Shown here piece by piece: positions 24,310 to 37,354 of a stretch of DNA of 64,000 bases. The stretch is from contig NC_086118.1 in the NCBI RefSeq assembly GCF_963921235.1, forward strand, positions 14,138,001 to 14,202,000. Reading direction: 5' to 3'. The notes beneath the pieces are model-generated. The model saw only the letters and a list, made by a program, of their open reading frames with translations. It made no database searches and was not told where the DNA came from. This stretch comes from Mobula hypostoma (lineage: Eukaryota). The position numbers were made by a program, and so were the translations under genes. Every line of letters begins with the position of its first letter. Position 1 is the first letter of the stretch.

Positions 24310-27300
24310 TTTGTTTTCCACTTGCATTTTGCAGTACTGTAATGTCTTTCGTGTTACACATTTTTATTATGGGTTAGGGTAATCTGTTACGTGGGTTGGA
24401 GCGTGATAGAAGTAAATGAGTATAGTCAGGTGTACACCCTTTGTACCACTAGTTTAGTTAGAGATAGACTGGGCAGGGGATGAATATTTTTTGTTACTGT
24501 TAATTACTCTCCTTTTGCTGACTTTGCTTATTATGCTTATGTCACTAATTCTGTAAATTATGTTAATATCGCTAATTTGGTTATTGCAATTTTTGTTTGT
24601 TTGGCTTTGTCACTCAGCTTTTCTGGTTTCGTAATAAAGGATCATATATACTGATTTCAACTTGGAGCTCAGTTATTTGGAAGAGTGTCACACAGTGTTA
24701 CCTCCCTCGCTCAGTCTCTCGGCGGTTTTACTATGTTTTTCAAGTAGCTGCTACATTTTGTCAACAAAAGTAGTTATATTCAATGAACACCAGTGTACAG
24801 CAAAGGATTGCCTCAGACCTATTGCTGACATTGCAATTACAACACTGAAAAGCCAGCACGTTGTCAACAGGAGCTGCTTGTGATTGGGTTATCTGCAACC
24901 TTTTGTTGACTCATGTACCCTATTTGTGGTTTGAACATATTTTTGAATGGTCAGCACGGACTGACCATTGGGGACCATTGCTCAGTCATGTAGTGCTTGC
25001 TGGGGAGTCATTGTTTTGTTCTATTGAAGTACTCAAATATTGTCCCAGTAGTCCACATTTGAATTATACACTTCTTGTTTTGTCTGATTTAAGCACTGTG
25101 GATGCGTGGTCAGTTTATTTTTTGCCTATAGTTATTGAACAGAATATCGCCTGTGCTATTTGAAAATGTGCTGTGGGTGAACATGGAGTTAATTGCAAGT
25201 TGTGCATCAAGGAGAAAGTAACATGAGTGAATCAAAGCATGGATGGAACTCTTGCCAGCAAACCTGCAGTTGGGGCTGGCAAAAGAGAAATTAAACTCAC
25301 TGCCAAAGCTTTGCTGAATAGAATTGAAAGTTTTCAAAAGAATATAAAACAAATGTAAACAAAATTGAAGGCTTATTACCATCAATTAAGGATCTCATGG
25401 AAAATAAGGAAAATGTCTTACAAGTGCAATCTCATCTTGAGAATTTGACCACTCTCTGTGAAACTGTTGCTAATCAATATCAAATACTGATTTCTTTACT
25501 TCCCAAGGATGAACAGGAAAAACAGAATGAATGGTTCTCCACCATTGATAACTATAGCAATGCATTCAAAGAGAATGTGAAACAATGGTTGGCCCAAGCA
25601 TGTTATATTGAAGGTCATGTTGCTGCAATAAGTGAATATGTGCATCACCTTCCAAAAGACAATATTTCTCAAATTCCAAAGCATGCTTCGACTACACATG
25701 TAACAGATGGTGGAACTGAGTGACAGTGTGTCAAAATGTCAGAACTCGAAGCTCTGCTGCAGGAGGTAAATCTTTTCTGTTAACTACCTCCTCTGCATGC
25801 ATGAAAACAGAAACCTGACGGCATTAATGACATGTCAATGATTATTGAAGGACAAACATTCACTGGAAGAGTAAGAGGAACTGCTACAGAAAAAGAAGGA
25901 GCAGATTAAGTTGCAGGAAGTGGTTGTTGCACAGGTGGTCAAAGTTAATGCGCTAAGGGCTTGGTGTGACAAGTGTTAAGATGTTCGAGCAGGTCACTCC
26001 TAAAAGTGGAGGAGCATGTAGCTTTGAGGAAGTAAAGAGGCTACAAAAGGACTTGGATAGATTAGGAGAATGGGCAAAGAAGCAGCAGATGGAATACAGT
26101 GTCGGGAAATGTTTGGTCATGCACTTTGGTAGAAGAAATGAAAGGGTTGACTATTTTGTAAGTGGAAAGGAAGGACAAAAAATTGGAGGTGCAAGGGGAC
26201 TTGGAAGTCCTTATGCAGGATTCCCTAAAGGTTAATTTTTGCAGGCTGAGTCTGTGGTAAGGAAGGCAAATGTGATGTTAGCATTCCTTTCAAGAGGACT
26301 AGGATTTAAAAGCAAGGATATAATGATGAGACTCTATAAAGCACTGGTGAGGCCTCACTTGGAGTGTTGTGAACAGTTTTAGGCCCTTTGTCTTAGAAAG
26401 GATGTGCTGAAACTGGAGAGAGTTCAAAGGAAATTTCACGAAAATTAGTCCAGGATTGAACTGCTTGTCATATGAAGACCATTTGATGGCGCTGGGACTG
26501 CATTCACTAGCATTCAGAAGAATAAGTGGTGACTTAATTGAAACCTATCGAACGGCAAAAGGCCTTAATATAGTGGATGGGGAATGGATATCGCCTATGA
26601 TGGGAGAGTCTTAGACTAGAGGACACAGAATCAGATTAAAAGGGCATCCTTTTAGAAGGGAGATGAGGAGGAATTTTTTTAACTAGAGAGTGGTGGATCT
26701 GTGGAATTCATTGCCACAGGCAACTGTGGAACTCAAAGTTTTTATGGATATTTAAGACAGTGGTCAATAGATTACTGATTCGTTCAGGCATGAAGTGATA
26801 TGGTGGGTGGGGGATTGTAGGTGGAACGCAGGAGATTGAGACGGAGAGGGAAAATTGATCAGCAATGATGAAGTGGTGGAGCAGACCCAATAGCCCAAAA
26901 GGGCTAATTCTTCTCCTATATCTTATGGTCTTATGGCATGTTGACACTAAGAAAGGATGTGTCAAGGCTAAGTCTTTACTACAGGAACATTTTTGTAATA
27001 AACAGAAAATTGCATCCACCTACATGCAAAAGACTCTTTCTTGTATGCAACCAGCTACTTGGGGCCACAGGTAAGAGCTGAGAATCCAAGGGGTACAAAG
27101 GTGAGCGAGCTGCCTTGGAATGGACACAACAGGCTCCCACACCAGAGCTGCTACTCCTCCCTGGACACCCCATACATCCCAAAACTTGTTGGAAGAACTC
27201 TGCCTATTGGTAACCTACAAAGATGTTAAATGTTTGAAACCCCTGGATTTTGGAGAAGCTACTGCTGTGCAGTTAGAACAATTTCAGATACAAGCAAAGA

Positions 27301-30020
27301 TGGCTATGGAGCAGTGACCTTCCTGTTGTTGCACAACATGTACTCTTAGGTGCACAGTGCTTCTATCATGGGAAAATCTTGGGTAGTTCTATTAAGGTCA
27401 GTTTCCATCCATCGTATCGAGCTCACTGCTGCTACAATGGCAAGCCATATGGACACATTGTGGAGGAAGGAGTTGTACATGCAGATTCATGACTCAGTTT
27501 TTTGGACCGATAGTACTTCTGTGGTGAAATATATTAAGAATGAAACTTACAGGTTCTGAACCTTCATTGCAAACAGAGTTTCAGAAATTCTTAAGGTCAC
27601 ACAGGCATCTCAGTGGAAGGTATGTAAACACTTCAAGCAACCTGGTGATGTGGCTTCAAGAGGATTGCAGGTGAAAGTATTCCTGAAGAATGAAACTTGG
27701 GTGTCAGGGCCTCAATATCTTCTTCAGCCTGAAAGGGAATGGCCTGTTAATCTTGATTGTTCTGAAGAACTCCTGTTATATGATCTGATCATCAAGTGGA
27801 GTGTTACAAAGAATGCCGTGCAGATTGAGGAGGAGATGGATAAGGCAACATCACTTCTCATCTTGGACCCATTTGGGGAAGACAATGACCTGGATTATTG
27901 AATTTAAGAACCTACTCTTGTTTTTTAGACAGAAAAGAAAGTAATTGAGCATAGCTCTTGCTTAGTCTGACAGATGAAGAACAATACTGTATAAGTATAT
28001 TTTGGAGAGAGATTGAAAGGGCTAAAAGTCATATCAGCCAGGATTGTCTCCATGAAGGAGCTCTGAAAGGCTGAAATTGAGATCATCGGATTTTGTCAGA
28101 GAAAGAAATTTTCAGACAAATTCTCAAGTTTGCAGTGGGGAGAAGGTTTGAAACAGAACAGCCATATTTTCAAGCTCAACCCAGTGCTTGAAGATGGTGT
28201 CTTGTGAGTTGGTGGACAGCTTAGTAGGACAGCTATGCCTAAGACTCTAAACGTCCTGTTATACTGTCAAAGGATTTCCATACCTGAGACATCATTCTGA
28301 GACATGTACATCACGAGGAGGAAAATGGTGTCTTTAACCACGTTATCCAGGTTTTGCCAAAAGTGCTGGATTCCCAGTGCTAGTACAGTTACAAGAATCC
28401 TAAGTATGTGTTTGTTGCATGCAGCTCTAGGATACCAGCACATGGCAGCTTGTCTTTGAACAAGGTCTCTCCAGATGAACCTTCGTTTACACATGTAGTA
28501 GTGGACTACTTTGGACCTTTTGAGGTAAAGAGCAGGAGGAGTACAATGAAGAGGTATGGCATCATATTTACCTGTCTGGCTATATGAGTTGTCACATTGA
28601 GGTGGTATCTTCATTGGACACAGATCCCTTTGTTAATGTGCTTCTGTGATTTATAGCAAGATGAGGACCGGTTCGTGAACCACTCTCCGATATGCGACAA
28701 ACTTTGTTGGACCTGAACATGAATTGAGAGAAGCCATTGAGAAGTGGAACCATTCTCAGATAGTGATGTGCTTCTTCAAATAGGAATTTAGTGGATTTTT
28801 AACCCCCTAGCTGTCTCATATCATGGGGGAACATGGGAGAGATTGATCAGGTTTGTATGAAAGGTCCTTAATTCCACCATGAAGGTACAGGATCTTGACG
28901 AAGAGGGCTTCCACGTAGTCCTTTGCATAGTAGAGGCTATTATCAATGGCCGTCCAATCACTAAGACATCCTCTGATCCCAATGACTTGGAAGCACTAAC
29001 ACCCAACCATCTGTTGCTTCTGAAAACCTCACCATCCATCTATGCTTGTCATATATGGAAGCTGGTTCAATTCATGTCAAACTTCTTTGGAAACTCTGGG
29101 TCGAGGAGTACTTAACATAGTTATAGGAAATAGTCAATTTTCTCCCAGGAGACATTAGGCCTTTAGTTGACAACTCAATATTTCACCAGTTTGTAGATCA
29201 TGGGAAGAGTCATTCAAGTCTTTCCAGACAGAAGAGTATTTGTGCAGATGTGCTCATCAAGACCAAGACTAGCTGACTGGACAGGCCTGTAACCAAGATC
29301 TGTCTTTTACAGAAGGCAGAGGTTTGAGGAGCTACAGCTCTAGAAGCTTCCTTTACTTTGGTCGTTTGATTTCACGACTTTGACATGGCTTACTGACTGG
29401 ACAGAGAGTGGTGGTAAAGATCTCTCTGTACAGGGCTGTGCTGGTAACCTCTGGCCTAGAAGACTGTTACATGACTTGGCTTGATGAAGAAAGAAGCCAT
29501 TTGCATGAATGTTAAGAAGTTTGCATGAATCCTAAAAGATTTCATGTCTCCTATTTTTTTAGTATGTAGGTGTAATTATTATAATGTAATAATGAGGAGC
29601 TGTGATGTAGGAGCCATGTATCTATCTGCTGTCTGTATTTTGTGTTGCTTATTTTTATTACGGTTTACGAGTATTTGTTCCATAGGTTGGAGCGTGGTAG
29701 AAATAAAAGAGTATAGTCACGTGTTCACCCCTTGTGCCGCTCGTTTGGTTAGAGATAGACTGAGCAGGGGATGTATACTTTTGTTGACCATTAATTAGTC
29801 TAATTTTGCTAACTTCTCTTGTTACCCTTATATCACTAATTTTGCTATCGTTATTTTTGATTGTTTGTCTTTGCCGCTTATCTTTTCTGCTTTCATAATA
29901 AAGGATTATACTTACATTTTTCAGCTTGAAGCTCAGTTATTTGGAAGGGCGTTGCACAGTGTTAATTCCCTCACTCAGTCTCTCAGCGGTTTTGATATGC
30001 TTTTCAAGTAGCTGATAACG
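24310..30020 (+). mobile_element. Decayed BEL/Pao LTR retrotransposon with two diverged LTRs
   Basis: LTRs about 24310-24755 and 29606-30020; gag-like ORF 25397-25723; RNase H region (SIHRIELTAATMA, VFWTDSTSV); integrase ([19 protein letters not shown]); RT not found. Confidence 0.88.
26005..26936 (+). mobile_element. CR1 LINE 3' fragment nested in BEL/Pao
   Basis: LQKDLDRLGEWAKKQQMEYSVGKCLVMHFG; tail TCTTATGGTCTTATGG. Confidence 0.88.
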
Positions 30021-30619
30021 TTTGTTCAGTTACTGCGTGTCGTTGCTGCAATACTACCTGGCACCCACCTTATCTCTGCTCACCTGAGGTCAGCAAAGCT
30101 CCAGTTCAGAAGATCATTAACCATGTGCAGGCAGATAGCCCTGGTAATCAGATGAGGTATATTGCCCAACGGCAGCTTTTTTTTATCTTCACAGATTTTT
30201 ATTAACCTGATGATTTACAAAAGGCTAAACTTAATAACAGTGCTTTAATGGTGGGTTAACCATACTTCAAGATGGAGTGTCCTGTAAACATAAGCAACTT
30301 GAGACAGATGCATGCTGACCTTAACACAGAGTAAAATTTACATCTGGTCCCCAGTGTTCTAAGTGAAAGTCGAGTTTATTGTCAGATGCTCAACTGTATG
30401 TACAGATGCAATGAAAAACTTACTTGAAGCAACATCATGGGGTGTAGCATCAGATACACAAAATTCATAAGACTTTTCAACAGATAGTTCAATAAATAGT
30501 GCTATGAAGGAGAAACTTTCTTTCAACTTTGCCTTTGTTAACTCAAGAATCATCTCCAAGTATATATCAAAGTTGCTGGTGAACGCAACAGGCCAGGCAG
30601 CATCTGTAGGAAGAGGTGC

Positions 30620-30655
30620 AGTCGACGTTTCAGGCCGAGACCCTTCGTCAGGACT
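30620..30655 (-). ncRNA. Minimal type-I hammerhead ribozyme motif
   Basis: Reverse complement: AGTC-CTGACGA-AGGGTCTCGGCCT-GAAA-C-GTC-GACT. Confidence 0.72.
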
Positions 30656-30676
30656 AACTGAAGGAAGAGTCCAGTT

Positions 30677-30712
30677 AGTCCTGACGAAGGGTCTCAGCCT
30701 GAAACGTCGACT
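30677..30712 (+). ncRNA. Minimal type-I hammerhead ribozyme motif
   Basis: AGTC-CTGACGA-AGGGTCTCAGCCT-GAAA-C-GTC-GACT. Confidence 0.7.
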
Positions 30713-32497
30713 GCACCTCTTCCTACAGGTGCTGCCTGGCCTGCTGCATTCACCAGCAACTTTGATGTGTGTTCCTTCAATTTTCAGCATCTGCAGAATT
30801 CCTGTTGTTTGTCCAAATATATATGCCAGGTTTCCTACTCATTCACGTGTTGTTTGGAGTATCACTACACTTGACTTTTGCATGTAGTCCTGTGCTTTTA
30901 TTACACAACTTCTCCCTTTTTCAACTCACTTTGAAGAATCTAACCCCCACCTTCATTCTAGCCCTATAATAAAGACATACAATATAAGGCTTGTAATGAT
31001 CAGCAGGTCAATCAGCATCTGTTAACAAAGAAACAGAAACATTGTTTCAGACTGATAACCTTTTTCCAGAGTCCTGCTGCTGCTGCCTTATTTCCAGAGT
31101 ATTTTTAGCGTTTTCTACTTATATTTTGGATTTCCAGCAGCTCCAAGTATTTGTTTTGTCCTATGACCTACTTCCATCAGATCCTTCTCTGGCATAACCC
31201 ACTTTGCATTTCAGACATCTGACATAAGAATAATGCCTACATCATAACGCTGGACTCTACACTGGAGCTATTCATTGGAGGATGAGAGAGAAATGTAGCT
31301 GTTGTAGAAGTCAAAGGTTTCAAATGTTGTTAAGTTGCTGGAGATTTGTTATCTGAAGAAAAAGCAACTTCTATAAACCGTCTTGACATTTTGAAATTTA
31401 GCTGTCCATGTACAGTAAATGGATTGGTCCTAAGAGAGGTCAGCCCAATCTTTTTATGGAAACCATTCAGGTTTTGCTTATTAGCATCTCTCCACATGTT
31501 TCTGTGTTAACTGGTGTCAGGTCTCCAGCCCTAAGCTTCCCCATCCAGCCACATGCTGCTTGGAATGACTTGAAGGGATGGAGAACCATTTCTGATTTTC
31601 TGGTAATGACTTCATTGGCCTGTGGATGAGGTAGAGAGGGGGAGGCAGGTCCTCTGTATCAGGAGTGTCAGAACGCCACCCAAAGCTGACATAGTGACAG
31701 AAGCTGGCTGCTGATGTTTTTTGCCCTGCAGTGATTCAGCCCACAGCAAGGAGCGTTGCTACAAGAAATTAACATTAATGCTTGGACTGCTCTTCATATA
31801 CTGCCTTCGGTGACAGCTAGTGCTAGGATAATTACCAGTGTGAAAATTCCATATAGATAGCAGCCAGGGTCAGGATTGAACCCCGGGCGTTGACAGTGTG
31901 AGGCAGTGCCTCTGCTAGCTGTATGAGCATGCTGCCCTTATACGACCCCTGTCACTGATGTCTGTGACAGATGGAAATGTGAACACAGACGCATAACGAA
32001 ATACTTGATGCACTGTTTGGACTGATGGAGTATGTGCAAAAGAAGCTTATGAGAATATAGAGCCAGGAATGCAGGCTCTAATTTGGAACTAGTACACAGT
32101 CTATTAACATTTCAAACAGTAGCTACTGCAGCAGGTTTCTACTTCCAGTAAAGCAGAGGTGGAGGCCAACAACAGTTTTCATGCATCATTTTCCTAACGG
32201 TAGGTCGACTTGTTGCCGACCACTGTTGTGCAAGAGCAGAAAAAGGCGCAGGATAGACAGTCTGTAGTTGCTGTGCTGTGGTTACAGCTCATGCAACACA
32301 CCAAGCACGGCCTTCACAAAGGCAATGTGGTATTAGGCGAGAAACAAGGTTACAGTGAAGCAAAGTTACAGTGATCAATAGCTTCCCAAACAAGCAGAGT
32401 GTTCTGTTGCATACTGCAGAAGTGTGTGTCAATTGTGTGAAAACAACATCAGCCTTCAGGAATAACCCTGAGCTTCCAGTTACTTACCAACTTAATT

Positions 32498-32498
<1 letters not shown>

Positions 32499-32560
<62 letters not shown>

Positions 32561-32574
32561 GAGAGAGAGAGAGA
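32499..32574. repeat. (GA)n microsatellite
   Basis: About 38 GA units with one interruption. Confidence 0.98.
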
Positions 32575-32954
32575 TTTCTGCTTGTATATGCTTTCCTATT
32601 TTCCACATGTGGAAAGTTTGCCTGCTGCCCATATCTTCAGTGGGCCCAAACCACATCATGTAATGATTTACACAGCCAAGCAGCTTAATCCAACTCCATA
32701 TGCCACAGGCCTTTATTAACATCAAAATTCCATTTATTTCATCCACATTTTTCTGCTACCAATGGTAATTTATTTCTCTCTCATGTCTGCTGAAGGGTGC
32801 TTCACCTGAAAAGTTCACAGTTTTTCTTTCCGTAGTTGCCGTCTGAGTTGCTTATTTTTCCAACATATTCCACTTTCATCTCACATCAGCTCAGTTTTTC
32901 TCTTCCTAGTTGTAAAAGTCTCGCTTGCCAGGCAGGTCCCAGCACCTTACCATT

Positions 32955-33040
32955 GATGAAGGGTCTCGGCTGAAATGTTGATTCTTTATTCTTCTCCATA
33001 GATGCTACCTGACATATTGAGTTCCTCCAGCATTTTGTGT
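32955..33040 (+). mobile_element. Short Penelope-like terminal fragment
   Basis: GATGAAGGGTCTCGGCTGAAATGTTG...GAGTTCCTCCAGCATTTTGTGT; TSD CTTACCATT(G/A)ATGA at 32946 and 33041. Confidence 0.75.
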
Positions 33041-33301
33041 CTTACCATTAATGATTCATTAATCAAATCACAAAGGTTAATGTACTGGTAATGGCCCCTT
33101 TAAGCTACTTTGACTCACTCTATCACAGATATTGCCTTTTTTTCTACTGAAAACCAACTTGCACCTCTCTTTCCTACTTCAGACAACGATTTCCATATTT
33201 AATATGTTGTCTGTTTACTCCCTCCTTATTTGCTGCCTGACATGCTGAGTTTTTCCAGAATTTTGTCTTTTTGTTTTGGTTGTATGTGTTTCCCTTTAAC
33301 T

Positions 33302-33378
33302 GAGGGGTTCCCAGACTGGGGTCCACGGACCCCTCAGTTAGTTGTAAGGCTCCATAGCATAAAGTTTGGGAAGCCCTG
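33302..33378. mobile_element. hAT-type MITE (77 bp)
   Basis: Imperfect TIRs GAGGGGTTCCCA / TGGGAAGCCCTG; 8-bp TSD CTTTAACT at 33294-33301 and 33379-33386. Confidence 0.78.
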
Positions 33379-33385
33379 CTTTAAC

Positions 33386-34242
33386 TGTTACGAGAATACA
33401 CATAAAATTAAGATGTTTGCTGGCCTGGGTTAGCATCAGTGACATTAGCAGTTGGTCTGCCACCTGCCCTCAGGGGAAGGAGAGATAAGGAACAATGGAG
33501 CAGCGTCTGGAGATGTGTAATGAAGGGACGTGGGAGAGAGAGAGCTGTCTGGAGCGGGTCCCCCTTTGAACCCTGAACTGTTTGAAGTGATGGACAGGCG
33601 ATACCCCAGCAGGGGGATAAAAAGGGACAGGTTCGCTAAGACAGACACGCCACCCGAGGTAACGAGACCCTGGAAGTGGTGCGCCTCTCACGAGTGGGTG
33701 AGAAGTATCAGACAACGACCTGGGTGGAAAGGTACGATCAGCGGGAACCCGGTGTGTGTCCGCCCTTGCCTGGGTGCCGGGTTCACTGCAGAGGATCGAC
33801 CGCATCTGGAGGAGGGGTCACAGTCGGTGACCTCAGGTGACATCACCAAGGACCCGCCCAAAAGTTGCTTGTCAGCCATCTCGCCGGTCTGTGAGTGAAG
33901 CAGTGTTCTGAATGATCAGTTGTTCCTGTTCTCTGTCTCTCTTCCCCCACGTTGTCCATCCATGGGAACGATTACTGCGAACTGAACTACTAACTGGACT
34001 GAACTTTGAGTCACTTTTAAATTTGGTCATTTACCCCTAGACAACGATAGAGCTTGATTGATGCTGTTATCTTAATTCTGTGCACATATGTGTTTATCAT
34101 CGCTGAACTGTTGCATTTATTATCCTTTCGATTACTGTGTTGCTTGTTTCTTTAATAAAACTTTCTTAGTTCTAGTACTCCAGACTCCAACTGAGTGATC
34201 CATTTCTGCTGGTTTGGCAACCCAGTTACGGGGTACGTAACA
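33386..34242 (+). mobile_element. Solo LTR (857 bp), relatively young
   Basis: TGTTACG...CGTAACA inverted termini; 4-bp TSD TAAC; TATA-like GATAAAA at 33616; AATAAA at 34154; CpGs retained. Confidence 0.9.
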
Positions 34243-34651
34243 TAACTCATACAACTGGAGAGAACCCAGTATTACAAAACTATGCTTGCCTGTCAGTGGC
34301 CAAACATTTCTCTGCAGCTTGTATAGGGTGGAAGATAACCTGCTTGCAAAGGTCCGGTGGAGAGGCTATAATCCCACTTACACATTGGTAAATTGAAGTA
34401 ACAACTTGATGCAGCTCTACCCCATGAGTGGTTTCTGCTCTCCAAGAAGTTCATCTGGCATTTACAGTATCAGGGAGCTTTTGCTTTAGTTCTCCAGTCC
34501 TACATAAATCTTGATAAATCTGCTGAATGGAATAATCAAAAACTTGGATTGCTTTTCATCTGAATCTTCTTACTTTGATCAGTTAGTCTTAACGTAACTT
34601 AGTAAGTAAATCTGGTATGATGTTAAAAAAAACTTTTTGTTTGTCTTTCAG

Positions 34652-34712
34652 TGTTACCGCTATTGTTCGTCATCCCTTGGATAATAACAAAGATTATCTA
34701 TGAGAATGAAGG
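34652..34712 (+). CDS. GLP2R: GLP-2 receptor exon (about exon 8), TM4/ECL2
   Basis: tttcag|TG...GG|gtaaga, 61 nt. Encodes VLPLLFVIPWIITKIIYENEG; too short for the ORF track. Confidence 0.93.
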
Positions 34713-37020
34713 GTAAGAATTTGCAGAAAAATAATTAATAGCCAAATTAAGGTGATATTTTAAACCCTTGAAACCGATTCCAACTTTCTAATAGCCACAT
34801 TCCTGGATCGTATTCAAGAAAAACTTCTTCAAATCTGAAGAGTCCTCCTTCACCACATGTATTTTTCTCCTTTGCTCATCTATTTCTTTATAAATATTAT
34901 TCTCTCTTGCAATCATACTAGTTACCCTGAGGTCAAGGCCTGTTGTACTTTCAGTCCTGTTCCAGCTAACATTTATTTGACGTCCACGGTTACATCCAAC
35001 TGGAAATTATTTCTATCACAAGGTCTCCTTCTTCCCACTTTCTCACTCTATTACAACAAAGGTTCATCACACAATTTCCGTGTTATCTTCCCTCGGTCTT
35101 TGATCCATATTAGGCTCTTTAAGCAATTAAATCTCGGTCTGTCATTCTTTAATCACTGATTTAACTTCTACTCTTTTCAATCTTTCCACTGATTTACACA
35201 ATGAATATTAGCCATTAATATTCTTAATTGTAGGAATGTAAATATACTGGAGAGAGCAATTCAATATTTTAATTCATTTTTGGTATGTGGTTATCACTGG
35301 CAAGACAGACATGTTTTGCCAGACCTTTGTTTTCCTTGAGAAGGGAGTGCTGAGCAACTTTTTTGAGCTGCTGTAGTCCTTCTGGTGAAGGATTCCCATA
35401 GTGCAGTTCCAAAATTAAGACCTAATAATGATGGAATGGCGACTTATTTCCGAGTCAGGCTGATAAGTGACTTGGGGACCCTTGAGACTGCAGATGCTGG
35501 AAAATGGATCAACAGACAATCTGCTGAGCGTTCTCAGCAGGTTGAGCAGCACCTGTGGGAGGAAGGGAATTGTCAACATTTTGGGTCAAAGCCCTATATC
35601 AGCTCTTTATGCAGGGAGGGCTTTGGCCCAAAATGTTGACCACTCTTTTCCTCTAACAGACGCTGATTAACCTGTCAAGTTCCTCCAGCAGATAATTTAT
35701 TGCTTGGTAAATGATATGGAAAGGAAACTGCAGATGCTGGTGTTTTCTGAGTAACTCATTCCCTTGTTCTTCTCAATAATAAAAGGTTTCAGGGTTGAGA
35801 GGTGCTGGTTGAGTACCTGTAAAAACATTAACTATTACCATGTTAAACACCCACGTATGGGAGTCCATTTGTCTGATTTACTTGACCTTTGAAAGAAGTT
35901 ATTTAACCTTTCAGTAGTAAAGTAGCTCTGTAAAAGAAATGCATTTTAGATGCATTGTGGCCATAATGAAATCAGAAAGCCACGTTGGGGTTGATTCTCT
36001 CACTAACATTGAGTTGACATGTCAGGAATGCGGTATTTTCAATAAAACAAGGAAAATGCTGAAACACTTAACAGGTCAGGCAGAATTCATGGAGGGATTT
36101 CTATTGAAAAGTCATCAACCTGAAACATTAGCTTGTTTCTTACTCTTTTTATAGATGTAGGTGGTAGGGTTTTACAGGTTTTATAGATGTTTCTTCACAA
36201 CTACAGCAACCTGGATCCATTCCCGACCACAACTCCTGTTGCCGTGATATTTGTATTTTCTCACTCTGACCCTATGTCCAGGTTTTTTGGTTTCCTCCCA
36301 TATCCAAAAAAAATGTGTGAGCTGGTAGACTGCTTGGCTAGTGTCATAAATCCTATTATAGGTAAATGATAGAGTTAAAGCAGGAGTTGACACAGATGGG
36401 GGAAAACAAAATGGGTTAAGGTAGGATATGTACAATTGGGTACTTTATCATTAGCATGAAGTTGATTGTCCATGGGAACTAATTCATGCTATATACCCCT
36501 ATAACTCAATAACTCTAACTATTATCGAGTTAAAGAAATATTCAGCATGAATCAGCTCTTTTGGATGATTGACTTCACACTGGCTGACTAGCTGAGTGAT
36601 ATCTGTTTTTGCTTCAGTTTTCCTGCATCTGCAGTCAAGTTTCACAAGATGTTCTCACCCCTTTATGGTTGAATGTAGCAGAAACATTCCAAATTTTGAG
36701 TATAAATTTTTGATCAGAGTATTCTGCACATTAATATTCTTCTTTCCTAGAGAAGGTAGTGAAACTGGTGTCCCAAGCACTAAAGGACATGTGAACCTGC
36801 CAGACTTGGCACACTTATACATCAATATAAACAGGAAACTACACTAAGAGCAAAGGGGTTCACAACATAAAAACTAATCACCTAATCCATAATCAGAGCT
36901 TAAAGACATGGGGAGAAAAATAAGCAAAATATACAGCATTAACAATAGTAACGGCATTGAATTTCTTTTCAAGTATTGATGTGTGGTATATAAAAATGAT
37001 GACTGCTTTTTGGGTATTAG

Positions 37021-37090
37021 GTGCTGGGCAAGAAACCGCAACATGGTCATTTGGTGGATCATTAGGGGACCAGTGATATTTGCAATTATA
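37021..37090 (+). CDS. GLP2R: GLP-2 receptor exon (about exon 9), ECL2/TM5
   Basis: tattag|G...ATA|gtaagt, 70 nt. Encodes CWARNRNMVIWWIIRGPVIFAII (CW and WWIIRGP motifs). Confidence 0.94.
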
Positions 37091-37354
37091 GTAAGTATGG
37101 ATATCTTGTTGGTATATTTGCAGTGAAAATAGTTGCGATCAAGAGTCCCTCATCGTTCAGTTTCATTTTCTGACAGAGGGACAGTATCCTTTATTTACAG
37201 TCACTACTAACTCTCTGATACTGTTATAAATTTCCTTCTGCAGTCTTTCAGTCCTGTTGGAATAGCTCCTTATTGATCTCCCATTCATTTGTCAAATCAG
37301 CCATATGTAACAGCCTGTAGCTGGGAGATTTTAAAGGAGTTTACTGAATGCAGT

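Larger units (their letters stand above)
30568..30811. mobile_element. Palindromic Penelope-like terminal element
   Basis: Inverted arms of about 92 bp around a loop at 30661-30671; TSD TCCAA(G/A)TATATAT at 30555-30567 and 30812-30824. Confidence 0.9.

Noticed and set aside
32371..32746. Poly-ER and poly-SL ORFs
   Set aside because: Produced by the (GA)n microsatellite
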